Assembly: GCF_009914755.1 (NCBI RefSeq)
Contig: NC_060928.1
DNA from: the human T2T-CHM13v2.0 reference genome, Homo sapiens
Reading direction: 5' to 3' (one strand)
Length of the DNA: 64,000 nt
The notes beneath the pieces are model-generated. The model was not told the DNA's origin and made no database searches. It saw only the letters and a program-made list of their open reading frames with translations. Below, one piece after another: positions 40,201-52,729 of this stretch. Both the position numbers and the translations under genes were made by a program. Each line of letters begins with the position of its first letter. Within the stretch, counting starts at the first letter, position 1.

Positions 40201-43200
40201 AAAATCCAGACAGGAGCATTCTCAGAAACTTCTTTGTGCTGCATGTCCTCAATTCACAGAGCTGAACCTTTGTTTGGATACAGCATTTTGGAAACATTCC
40301 TTTAGTAGAATCTGCAAGTTGATATTTAGATAGCTTTGAAGATTTCGTTGGAAACGGGAATATCTTCATAGAAAATCTAGACGGAAGCATTCTCAGAAAC
40401 TGCTTTGTGATGTTTGCATTCAAGTCACAGAGTTGAATATTCCCTTTTATAGAGTAGGTTTGAAACACTCTTTTGGCACTACCTGGAAGTGGATATTTCG
40501 AGCTCTTTGAGGCCTATGGTTAAAAGGAAATATCTTCCCATAAAAACTAGACAGAAGCCGTCTCAGAAACTTGTTTGTGATGTGTGTATTCAACTAACAG
40601 AGTTGAACATTTCTGTTACAGAGCAATTTTAAAACACTCTTTTTGTGGAATCTGAAAGTGGATAATTGGATAGCTTTGTGGATTTCGTTGGAAACGGGAT
40701 GACGTATAAAATCTAGAGAGAAGCATTCTCAGGAACTTCTTTCTGATGTTTGCATTCAAGTCACAGAATTGAACATTCCTTTTCATAGTGCAGGTTTGAA
40801 ACACTCTTTCTGTAGTATCTGGAAGTGGACATTTCAAGCGCTTTCAGGCCTACGGGGAGAAAGGAAATATCTTCAAATAAAAACTAGACAGAAGGATTCT
40901 CAGAAACTTATTTGTGATGTGTGCCCTAAACGAACACAGTTGAACCTTTGTTTTGATACAGCATTTTGGAAACACTCCTTTTGTAGGATCTGCAGGTGGA
41001 TATTTGGATAGATTTTAAGATTTCGTTGGAAACGGGAGTTTCTTCATAGAAACTCAAGACAGATGCATTCTCAGAAACATCTCTGTGATGTTTGCATTCC
41101 ACTCATAGAGTTGAAAACTTCCTTTCATAGAGCAGGTTTGAAACACTCTTTTTGTAATATTTGGAAGTGGACATTTGCAGCGCTTTGAGGCCTATGGTGA
41201 AAAAGGAAATATCTTCCCATAAAAACTAGACAGAAGCATTCTCAGAAACTTGTTTGTGATGTGTGTATTCAACTAACAGAGTTGAACTTTTGTTTTTACA
41301 GAGCCGTTTTAAAACACTCTTTTTGTGGAATCAGAAAGTGGATATTCGGATGGCTCTGAGGATTTCGTTGGAAGCGGGATTACATATAAAATCTAGAGAG
41401 AAGCATTCTCAGGAACTTCTTTGTGATGTTTGCATTGAAGTCACAGAATTGAACATTCACTTTGATAGAGCAGGTTTGAAACACTCATTCTGTAGTATCT
41501 GGAAGTGGACATTTCAAGCGCTTTCAGGCCTATGGTGAGAAAGGAAATATCTTCGAATAAAAACTAGACAGAAGCATCCTCAGAAACTTATTTGTGATGT
41601 GTGTCCTCAACTAACAGAGTTGAAACTTTGTTTTGATACAGCATTTTGGAAACACTCTTTTTGTAGAATCTGCAGGTGGATATTTGGATAGCTTAGAGGG
41701 ATTCGTTGGAAAGGGGATATCTTCATATAAAATCTAGACAGAAGCATTCTCAGAAACTTATTTGTGATGTGTGTCCTCAACTAACAGAGTTGAACCTTGG
41801 TTTTGATACAGCATTTTGGAAACACTCCTTTTGTAGAATCTGCAGGTGGATATGTGGATAGCTCTGAAGATTTCGTTGGAAACGGGAATTTCTTCATATA
41901 AAATCAAACAGAAGCATTCTCAGAAACTTCTCAGTGATGTTTGCATTCAGCTCATGGAGTTGAACACTTCCTTTCATAGAGCCGGTTTGAAACACTCTTT
42001 CTGCACTACCTGGAAGAGGACATTTCGAGCGCTTTGAGTCCTATGGTGAAAAAGGAAATATCTTCTCATAAAAACCAGAAAGAAGCATTCTCAGAAACTT
42101 CTTTGTGTTGTGTGTACTCATGTAACAGTGTTGAACCATCCTTTTGACAGAGCAGTTTTGAAACACTCTTTTTGTAGAATCTGCAAGTGGATATTTGGAT
42201 AGCTTTGAGGATTTCGTTGGAAACGGGATGACATATAATATCTAGAGAGAAGCATTCTCAGGAACTTCTTTGTGATGTTTGCATTCAAGTCACAGAATTG
42301 AACATTCCCTTTCATAGAGCAGGTTTGAAACACTCTTTCTCTAGTATCTGGAAGTGGGCATTTCAAGCGCTTTCAGGCCTATGGAGAGAAAGGAAATACC
42401 TTCAAATAAAAACTAGACAGAAGCATTCTCAGAAACTTATTTGTGATGTGTGTCCTCAACTAACAGAGTTGAACCTTTGTTTTGATACAGCATTTTGGAA
42501 ACACTCCTTTTGTAGAATCTGCAGGTGGATATTTGGATAACTTTGAAGATTTCGTTGGAAACCGGAATATCTTCATATAAAATCAAGACAGAAGCATTCT
42601 CGGAAACATCTCTGTGATGTTTGCATTCAACTCAGTAGAGTTGAACACTTCCTTCCATAGAGCCGGTTTGAAACACTCTTTCTGCACTACCTGGAAGCGG
42701 ACATTTCGAGCGCTTTGAGGCCTATGGTGAAAAAGGAAATATCTTCTCATAAAAACCAGAAAGAAGCATTCTCAGAAACTTCTTTGTGTTGTGTGTACTC
42801 AAGTAACAGTGTTGAACCTTCCTTTTGACACAGCAGTTTTGAAACACTCTTTTGGTAGAATCTGCAAGTGGATATTTGGATAGCTTTGAGGATTTCGTTG
42901 GAAACGGGTTATCTTCATATAAAATCCAGACAGGAGCATTCTCAGAAACTTCTTTGTGCTGCATGTCCTCAATTCACAGAGCTGAACCTTTGTTTGGATA
43001 CAGCATTTTGGAAACATTCCTTTAGTAGAATCTGCAAGTTGATATTTAGATAGCTTTGAAGATTTCGTTGGAAACGGGAATATCTTCATAGAAAATCTAG
43101 ACGGAAGCATTCTCAGAAACTGCTTTGTGATGTTTGCATTCAAGTCACAGAGTTGAATATTCCCTTTTATAGAGTAGGTTTGAAACACTCTTTTGGCACT

Positions 43201-44565
43201 ACCTGGAAGTGGATATTTCGAGCTCTTTGAGGCCTATGGTTAAAAGGAAATATCTTCCCATAAAAACTAGACAGAAGCCGTCTCAGAAACTTGTTTGTGA
43301 TGTGTGTATTCAACTAACAGAGTTGAACATTTCTGTTACAGAGCAATTTTAAAACACTCTTTTTGTGGAATCTGAAAGTGGATAATTGGATAGCTTTGTG
43401 GATTTCGTTGGAAACGGGATGACGTATAAAATCTAGAGAGAAGCATTCTCAGGAACTTCTTTCTGATGTTTGCATTCAAGTCACAGAATTGAACATTCCT
43501 TTTCATAGTGCAGGTTTGAAACACTCTTTCTGTAGTATCTGGAAGTGGACATTTCAAGCGCTTTCAGGCCTACGGGGAGAAAGGAAATATCTTCAAATAA
43601 AAACTAGACAGAAGGATTCTCAGAAACTTATTTGTGATGTGTGCCCTAAACGAACACAGTTGAACCTTTGTTTTGATACAGCATTTTGGAAACACTCCTT
43701 TTGTAGGATCTGCAGGTGGATATTTGGATAGATTTTAAGATTTCGTTGGAAACGGGAGTTTCTTCATAGAAACTCAAGACAGATGCATTCTCAGAAACAT
43801 CTCTGTGATGTTTGCATTCCACTCATAGAGTTGAAAACTTCCTTTCATAGAGCAGGTTTGAAACACTCTTTTTGTAATATTTGGAAGTGGACATTTGCAG
43901 CGCTTTGAGGCCTATGGTGAAAAAGGAAATATCTTCCCATAAAAACTAGACAGAAGCATTCTCAGAAACTTGTTTGTGATGTGTGTATTCAACTAACAGA
44001 GTTGAACTTTTGTTTTTACAGAGCCGTTTTAAAACACTCTTTTTGTGGAATCAGAAAGTGGATATTCGGATGGCTCTGAGGATTTCGTTGGAAGCGGGAT
44101 TACATATAAAATCTAGAGAGAAGCATTCTCAGGAACTTCTTTGTGATGTTTGCATTGAAGTCACAGAATTGAACATTCACTTTGATAGAGCAGGTTTGAA
44201 ACACTCATTCTGTAGTATCTGGAAGTGGACATTTCAAGCGCTTTCAGGCCTATGGTGAGAAAGGAAATATCTTCGAATAAAAACTAGACAGAAGCATCCT
44301 CAGAAACTTATTTGTGATGTGTGTCCTCAACTAACAGAGTTGAAACTTTGTTTTGATACAGCATTTTGGAAACACTCTTTTTGTAGAATCTGCAGGTGGA
44401 TATTTGGATAGCTTAGAGGGATTCGTTGGAAAGGGGATATCTTCATATAAAATCTAGACAGAAGCATTCTCAGAAACTTATTTGTGATGTGTGTCCTCAA
44501 CTAACAGAGTTGAACCTTGGTTTTGATACAGCATTTTGGAAACACTCCTTTTGTAGAATCTGCAG
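28246..44565 (+). repeat. Six tandem 16-mer HOR variants (2720 bp each) with m12/m15 hybrid
   Basis: Six consecutive spacings of 2720 bp. The m12 body (GGACATTTGCAGCG) ends with the m15 tail (ATCTTCCCATAAAAACTAGAC) at ~30300-30337; m13 and m14 are absent. Confidence 0.95.
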
Positions 44566-47289
44566 GTGGATATGTGGATAGCTCTGAAGATTTCGTTGGA
44601 AACGGGAATTTCTTCATATAAAATCAAACAGAAGCATTCTCAGAAACTTCTCAGTGATGTTTGCATTCAGCTCATGGAGTTGAACACTTCCTTTCATAGA
44701 GCCGGTTTGAAACACTCTTTCTGCACTACCTGGAAGAGGACATTTCGAGCGCTTTGAGTCCTATGGTGAAAAAGGAAATATCTTCTCATAAAAACCAGAA
44801 AGAAGCATTCTCAGAAACTTCTTTGTGTTGTGTGTACTCATGTAACAGTGTTGAACCATCCTTTTGACAGAGCAGTTTTGAAACACTCTTTTTGTAGAAT
44901 CTGCAAGTGGATATTTGGATAGCTTTGAGGATTTCGTTGGAAACGGGATGACATATAATATCTAGAGAGAAGCATTCTCAGGAACTTCTTTGTGATGTTT
45001 GCATTCAAGTCACAGAATTGAACATTCCCTTTCATAGAGCAGGTTTGAAACACTCTTTCTCTAGTATCTGGAAGTGGGCATTTCAAGCGCTTTCAGGCCT
45101 ATGGAGAGAAAGGAAATACCTTCAAATAAAAACTAGACAGAAGCATTCTCAGAAACTTATTTGTGATGTGTGTCCTCAACTAACAGAGTTGAACCTTTGT
45201 TTTGATACAGCATTTTGGAAACACTCCTTTTGTAGAATCTGCAGGTGGATATTTGGATAACTTTGAAGATTTCGTTGGAAACCGGAATATCTTCATATAA
45301 AATCAAGACAGAAGCATTCTCGGAAACATCTCTGTGATGTTTGCATTCAACTCAGTAGAGTTGAACACTTCCTTTCATAGAGCAGGTTTGAAACACTCTT
45401 TCTGCACTACCTGGAAGCGGACATTTCGAGCGCTTTGAGGCCTATGGTGAAAAAGGAAATAGCTTCTCATAAAAACCAGAAAGAAGCATTCTCAGAAACT
45501 TCTTTGTGTTGTGTGTACTCAAGTAACAGTGTTGAACCTTCCTTTTGACACAGCAGTTTTGAAACACTCTTTTGGTAGAATCTGCAAGTGGATATTTGGA
45601 TAGCTTTGAGGATTTCTTTGGAAACGGGTTATCTTCATATAAAATCCAGACAGGAGCATTCTCAGAAACTTCTTTGTGCTGCATGTCCTCAATTCACAGA
45701 GCTGAACCTTTGTTTGGATACAGCATTTTGGAAACATTCCTTTAGTAGAATCTGCAAGTTGATATTTAGATAGCTTTGAAGATTTCGTTGGAAACGGGAA
45801 TATCTTCATAGAAAATCTAGACGGAAGCATTCTCAGAAACTGCTTTGTGATGTTTGCATTCAAGTCACAGAGTTGAATATTCCCTTTTATAGAGTAGGTT
45901 TGAAACACTCTTTTGGCACTACCTGGAAGTGGATATTTCGAGCTCTTTGAGGCCTATGGTTAAAAGGAAATATCTTCCCATAAAAACTAGACAGAAGCCG
46001 TCTCAGAAACTTGTTTGTGATGTGTGTATTCAACTAACAGAGTTGAACATTTCTGTTACAGAGCAATTTTAAAACACTCTTTTTGTGGAATCTGAAAGTG
46101 GATAATTGGATAGCTTTGTGGATTTCGTTGGAAACGGGATGACGTATAAAATCTAGAGAGAAGCATTCTCAGGAACTTCTTTCTGATGTTTGCATTCAAG
46201 TCACAGAATTGAACATTCCCTTTCATAGAGCAGGTTTGAAACACTCTTTCTCTAGTATCTGGAAGTGGGCATTTCAAGCGCTTTCAGTCCTATGGAGAGA
46301 AAGGAAATACCTTCAAATAAAAACTAGACAGAAGCATTCTCAGAAACTTATTTGTGATGTGTGTCCTCAACTAACAGAGTTGAACCTTTGTTTTGATACA
46401 GCATTTTGGAAACACTCCTTTTGTAGGATCTGCAGGTGGATATTTGGATAGATTTTAAGATTTCGTTGGAAACGGGAGTTTCTTCATAGAAACTCAAGAC
46501 AGATGCATTCTCAGAAACATCTCTGTGATGTTTGCATTCCACTCATAGATTTGAAAACTTCCTTTCATAGAGCAGGTTTGAAACACTCTTTTTGTAATAT
46601 TTGGAAGTGGACATTTGCAGCGCTTTGAGGCCTATGGTGAAAAAGGAAATATCTTCTCATAAAAACCAGAAACAAGCATTCTCAGAAACTTCTTTTTGAT
46701 GTGTGTACTCAAGTAACAGAGTTGAACCTTCCTTTTGACACAGCAGTTTTGAAACAATCTTTTTGTAGAATCTGCAAGTGGATATTTGGATAGCTTTGAG
46801 GATTTCGTTGGAAACGGGATATCTTCATATAAAATCTAGACAGAAGCATTCTCAGAAACTTCTTTCTGCTGTATGTCCTCAATTAACAGAGTTGAACCAT
46901 TGCTTGGATACAGCATTTTGGAAACATTCCTTGAGTAGAATCTGCAAGTTGATATTTAGATAGATTTGAAGATTTCGTTGGAAAAGGGAATATCTCCATA
47001 TAAAATCTAGAGGGAAGCATTCTCAGAAACTGCTTTGTGATGTTTCCATTCAAGTCACAGAGTTGAATATTCCCTTTTATAGAGCACGTTTGAAACACTC
47101 TTTCTGCACTATCTGGAAGTGGACATTTCGAGCGCTTTGAGGCCTATGGTGAAAAAGGAAATATCTTCCCATAAAAACTAGACAGAAGCATTCTCAGAAA
47201 CTTGTTTGTGATGTGTGTCCTCAACTAACAGAGTTGAACCTTGGTTTTGATACAGCATTTTGGAAACACTCCTTTTGTAGAATCTGCAG
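44566..47289 (+). repeat. Alternative 16-mer HOR variant (2724 bp) with m16/m19 hybrid
   Basis: Retains m13-m15 but lacks m17-m18. m16 start (AAACTTGTTTGTGATGTGTG) joins m19 (TCCTCAACT...CCTTGGTTTT) at ~47204-47220. Confidence 0.93.
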
Positions 47290-50200
47290 GTGGATATGTG
47301 GATAGCTCTGAAGATTTCGTTGGAAACGGGAATTTCTTCATATAAAATCAAACAGAAGCATTCTCAGAAACTTCTCAGTGATGTTTGCATTCAGCTCATG
47401 GAGTTGAACACTTCCTTTCATAGAGCCGGTTTGAAACACTCTTTCTGCACTACCTGGAAGAGGACATTTCGAGCGCTTTGAGTCCTATGGTGAAAAAGGA
47501 AATATCTTCTCATAAAAACCAGAAAGAAGCATTCTCAGAAACTTCTTTGTGTTGTGTGTACTCATGTAACAGTGTTGAACCATCCTTTTGACAGAGCAGT
47601 TTTGAAACACTCTTTTTGTAGAATCTGCAAGTGGATATTTGGATAGCTTTGAGGATTTCGTTGGAAACGGGATGACATATAATCTCTAGAGAGAAGCATA
47701 CTCAGGAACTTCTTTGTGATGTTTGCATTCAAGTCACAGAATTGAACATTCCCTTTCATAGAGCAGGTTTGAAACACTCTTTCTCTAGTATCTGGAAGTG
47801 GGCATTTCAAGCGCTTTCAGGCCTATGGAGAGAAAGGAAATACCTTCAAATAAAAACTAGACAGAAGCATTCTCAGAAACTTATTTGTGATGTGTGTCCT
47901 CAACTAACAGAGTTGAACCTTTGTTTTGATACAGCATTTTGGAAACACTCCTTTTGTAGAATCTGCAGGTGGATATTTGGATAACTTTGAAGATTTCGTT
48001 GGAAACCGGAATATCTTCATATAAAATCAAGACAGAAGCATTCTCGGAAACATCTCTGTGATGTTTGCATTCAACTCAGTAGAGTTGAACACTTCCTTTC
48101 ATAGAGCAGGTTTGAAACACTCTTTCTGCACTACCTGGAAGCGGACATTTCGAGCGCTTTGAGGCCTATGGTGAAAAAGGAAATATCTTCTCATAAAAAC
48201 CAGAAAGAAGCATTCTCAGAAACTTCTTTGTGTTGTGTGTACTCAAGTAACAGTGTTGAACCTTCCTTTTGACACAGCAGTTTTGAAACACTCTTTTGGT
48301 AGAATCTGCAAGTGGATATTTGGATAGCTTTGAGGATTTCGTTGGAAACGGGTTATCTTCATATAAAATCCAGACAGGAGCATTCTCAGAAACTTCTTTG
48401 TGCTGCATGTCCTCAATTCACAGAGCTGAACCTTTGTTTGGATACAGCATTTTGGAAACATTCCTTTAGTAGAATCTGCAAGTTGATATTTAGATAGCTT
48501 TGAAGATTTCGTTGGAAACGGGAATATCTTCATAGAAAATCTAGACGGAAGCATTCTCAGAAACTGCTTTGTGATGTTTGCATTCAAGTCACAGAGTTGA
48601 ATATTCCCTTTTATAGAGTAGGTTTGAAACACTCTTTCGGCACTACCTGGAAGTGGATATTTCGAGCTCTTTGAGGCCTATGGTTAAAAGGAAATATCTT
48701 CCCATAAAAACTAGACAGAAGCCGTCTCAGAAACTTGTTTGTGATGTGTGTATTCAACTAACAGAGTTGAACATTTCTGTTACAGAGCAATTTTAAAACA
48801 CTCTTTTTGTGGAATCTGAAAGTGGATAATTGGATAGCTTTGTGGATTTCGTTGGAAACGGGATGACGTATAAAATCTAGAGAGAAGCATTCTCAGGAAC
48901 TTCTTTCTGATGTTTGCATTCAAGTCACAGAATTGAACATTCCTTTTCATAGTGCAGGTTTGAAACACTCTTTCTGTAGTATCTGGAAGTGGACATTTCA
49001 AGCGCTTTCAGGCCTACGGGGAGAAAGGAAATATCTTCAAATAAAAACTAGACAGAAGGATTCTCAGAAACTTATTTGTGATGTGTGCCCTAAACGAACA
49101 CAGTTGAACCTTTGTTTTGATACAGCATTTTGGAAACACTCCTTTTGTAGGATCTGCAGGTGGATATTTGGATAGATTTTAAGATTTCGTTGGAAACGGG
49201 AGTTTCTTCATAGAAACTCAAGACAGATGCATTCTCAGAAACATCTCTGTGATGTTTGCATTCCACTCATAGAGTTGAAAACTTCCTTTCATAGAGCAGG
49301 TTTGAAACACTCTTTTTGTAATATTTGGAAGTGGACATTTGCAGCGCTTTGAGGCCTATGGTGAAAAAGGAAATATCTTCCCATAAAAACTAGACAGAAG
49401 CATTCTCAGAAACTTGTTTGTGATGTGTGTATTCAACTAACAGAGTTGAACTTTTGTTTTTACAGAGCCGTTTTAAAACACTCTTTTTGTGGAATCAGAA
49501 AGTGGATATTCGGATGGCTCTGAGGATTTCGTTGGAAGCGGGATTACATATAAAATCTAGAGAGAAGCATTCTCAGGAACTTCTTTGTGATGTTTGCATT
49601 GAAGTCACAGAATTGAACATTCACTTTGATAGAGCAGGTTTGAAACACTCATTCTGTAGTATCTGGAAGTGGACATTTCAAGCGCTTTCAGGCCTATGGT
49701 GAGAAAGGAAATATCTTCGAATAAAAACTAGACAGAAGCATCCTCAGAAACTTATTTGTGATGTGTGTCCTCAACTAACAGAGTTGAAACTTTGTTTTGA
49801 TACAGCATTTTGGAAACACTCTTTTTGTAGAATCTGCAGGTGGATATTTGGCTAGCTTAGAGGGATTCGTTGGAAAGGGGATATCTTCATATAAAATCTA
49901 GACAGAAGCATTCTCAGAAACTTATTTGTGATGTGTGTCCTCAACTAACAGAGTTGAACCTTGGTTTTGATACAGCATTTTGGAAACACTCCTTTTGTAG
50001 AATCTGCAGGTGGATATGTGGATAGCTCTGAAGATTTCGTTGGAAACGGGAATTTCTTCATATAAAATCAAACAGAAGCATTCTCAGAAACTTCTCAGTG
50101 ATGTTTGCATTCAGCTCATGGAGTTGAACACTTCCTTTCATAGAGCCGGTTTGAAACACTCTTTCTGCACTACCTGGAAGAGGACATTTCGAGCGCTTTG

Positions 50201-52729
50201 AGTCCTATGGTGAAAAAGGAAATATCTTCTCATAAAAACCAGAAAGAAGCATTCTCAGAAACTTCTTTGTGTTGTGTGTACTCATGTAACAGTGTTGAAC
50301 CATCCTTTTGACAGAGCAGTTTTGAAACACTCTTTTTGTAGAATCTGCAAGTGGATATTTGGATAGCTTTGAGGATTTCGTTGGAAACGGGATGACATAT
50401 AATATCTAGAGAGAAGCATTCTCAGGAACTTCTTTGTGATGTTTGCATTCAAGTCACAGAATTGAACATTCCCTTTCATAGAGCAGGTTTGAAACACTCT
50501 TTCTCTAGTATCTGGAAGTGGGCATTTCAAGCGCTTTCAGGCCTATGGAGAGAAAGGAAATACCTTCAAATAAAAACTAGACAGAAGCATTCTCAGAAAC
50601 TTATTTGTGATGTGTGTCCTCAACTAACAGAGTTGAACCTTTGTTTTGATACAGCATTTTGGAAACACTCCTTTTGTAGAATCTGCAGGTGGATATTTGG
50701 ATAACTTTGAAGATTTCGTTGGAAACCGGAATATCTTCATATAAAATCAAGACAGAAGCATTCTCGGAAACATCTCTGTGATGTTTGCATTCAACTCAGT
50801 AGAGTTGAACACTTCCTTCCATAGAGCCGGTTTGAAACACTCTTTCTGCACTACCTGGAAGCGGACATTTCGAGCGCTTTGAGGCCTATGGTGAAAAAGG
50901 AAATATCTTCTCATAAAAACCAGAAAGAAGCATTCTCAGAAACTTCTTTGTGTTGTGTGTACTCAAGTAACAGTGTTGAACCTTCCTTTTGACACAGCAG
51001 TTTTGAAACACTCTTTTGGTAGAATCTGCAAGTGGATATTTGGATAGCTTTGAGGATTTCGTTGGAAACGGGTTATCTTCATATAAAATCCAGACAGGAG
51101 CATTCTCAGAAACTTCTTTGTGCTGCATGTCCTCAATTCACAGAGCTGAACCTTTGTTTGGATACAGCATTTTGGAAACATTCCTTTAGTAGAATCTGCA
51201 AGTTGATATTTAGATAGCTTTGAAGATTTCGTTGGAAACGGGAATATCTTCATAGAAAATCTAGACGGAAGCATTCTCAGAAACTGCTTTGTGATGTTTG
51301 CATTCAAGTCACAGAGTTGAATATTCCCTTTTATAGAGTAGGTTTGAAACACTCTTTTGGCACTACCTGGAAGTGGATATTTCGAGCTCTTTGAGGCCTA
51401 TGGTTAAAAGGAAATATCTTCCCATAAAAACTAGACAGAAGCCGTCTCAGAAACTTGTTTGTGATGTGTGTATTCAACTAACAGAGTTGAACATTTCTGT
51501 TACAGAGCAATTTTAAAACACTCTTTTTGTGGAATCTGAAAGTGGATAATTGGATAGCTTTGTGGATTTCGTTGGAAACGGGATGACGTATAAAATCTAG
51601 AGAGAAGCATTCTCAGGAACTTCTTTCTGATGTTTGCATTCAAGTCACAGAATTGAACATTCCTTTTCATAGTGCAGGTTTGAAACACTCTTTCTGTAGT
51701 ATCTGGAAGTGGACATTTCAAGCGCTTTCAGGCCTACGGGGAGAAAGGAAATATCTTCAAATAAAAACTAGACAGAAGGATTCTCAGAAACTTATTTGTG
51801 ATGTGTGCCCTAAACGAACACAGTTGAACCTTTGTTTTGATACAGCATTTTGGAAACACTCCTTTTGTAGGATCTGCAGGTGGATATTTGGATAGATTTT
51901 AAGATTTCGTTGGAAACGGGAGTTTCTTCATAGAAACTCAAGACAGATGCATTCTCAGAAACATCTCTGTGATGTTTGCATTCCACTCATAGAGTTGAAA
52001 ACTTCCTTTCATAGAGCAGGTTTGAAACACTCTTTTTGTAATATTTGGAAGTGGACATTTGCAGCGCTTTGAGGCCTATGGTGAAAAAGGAAATATCTTC
52101 CCATAAAAACTAGACAGAAGCATTCTCAGAAACTTGTTTGTGATGTGTGTATTCAACTAACAGAGTTGAACTTTTGTTTTTACAGAGCCGTTTTAAAACA
52201 CTCTTTTTGTGGAATCAGAAAGTGGATATTCGGATGGCTCTGAGGATTTCGTTGGAAGCGGGATTACATATAAAATCTAGAGAGAAGCATTCTCAGGAAC
52301 TTCTTTGTGATGTTTGCATTGAAGTCACAGAATTGAACATTCACTTTGATAGAGCAGGTTTGAAACACTCATTCTGTAGTATCTGGAAGTGGACATTTCA
52401 AGCGCTTTCAGGCCTATGGTGAGAAAGGAAATATCTTCGAATAAAAACTAGACAGAAGCATCCTCAGAAACTTATTTGTGATGTGTGTCCTCAACTAACA
52501 GAGTTGAAACTTTGTTTTGATACAGCATTTTGGAAACACTCTTTTTGTAGAATCTGCAGGTGGATATTTGGATAGCTTAGAGGGATTCGTTGGAAAGGGG
52601 ATATCTTCATATAAAATCTAGACAGAAGCATTCTCAGAAACTTATTTGTGATGTGTGTCCTCAACTAACAGAGTTGAACCTTGGTTTTGATACAGCATTT
52701 TGGAAACACTCCTTTTGTAGAATCTGCAG
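47290..52729 (+). repeat. Two tandem 16-mer HOR variants (2720 bp each), m12/m15 type
   Basis: Spacings 2720, 2720; same junction and the same GTGCCCTAAA SNV as in 28246-44565. Confidence 0.95.

Noticed and set aside
28246-44565. 2.7 kb 16-mer suggests D17Z1 (chr17) or D20Z2 (chr20)
   Set aside because: The 16-mer is a deletion derivative of the 19-mer in the same window (m12/m15 hybrid), and the monomer order is not the pentameric SF3 pattern of D17Z1.
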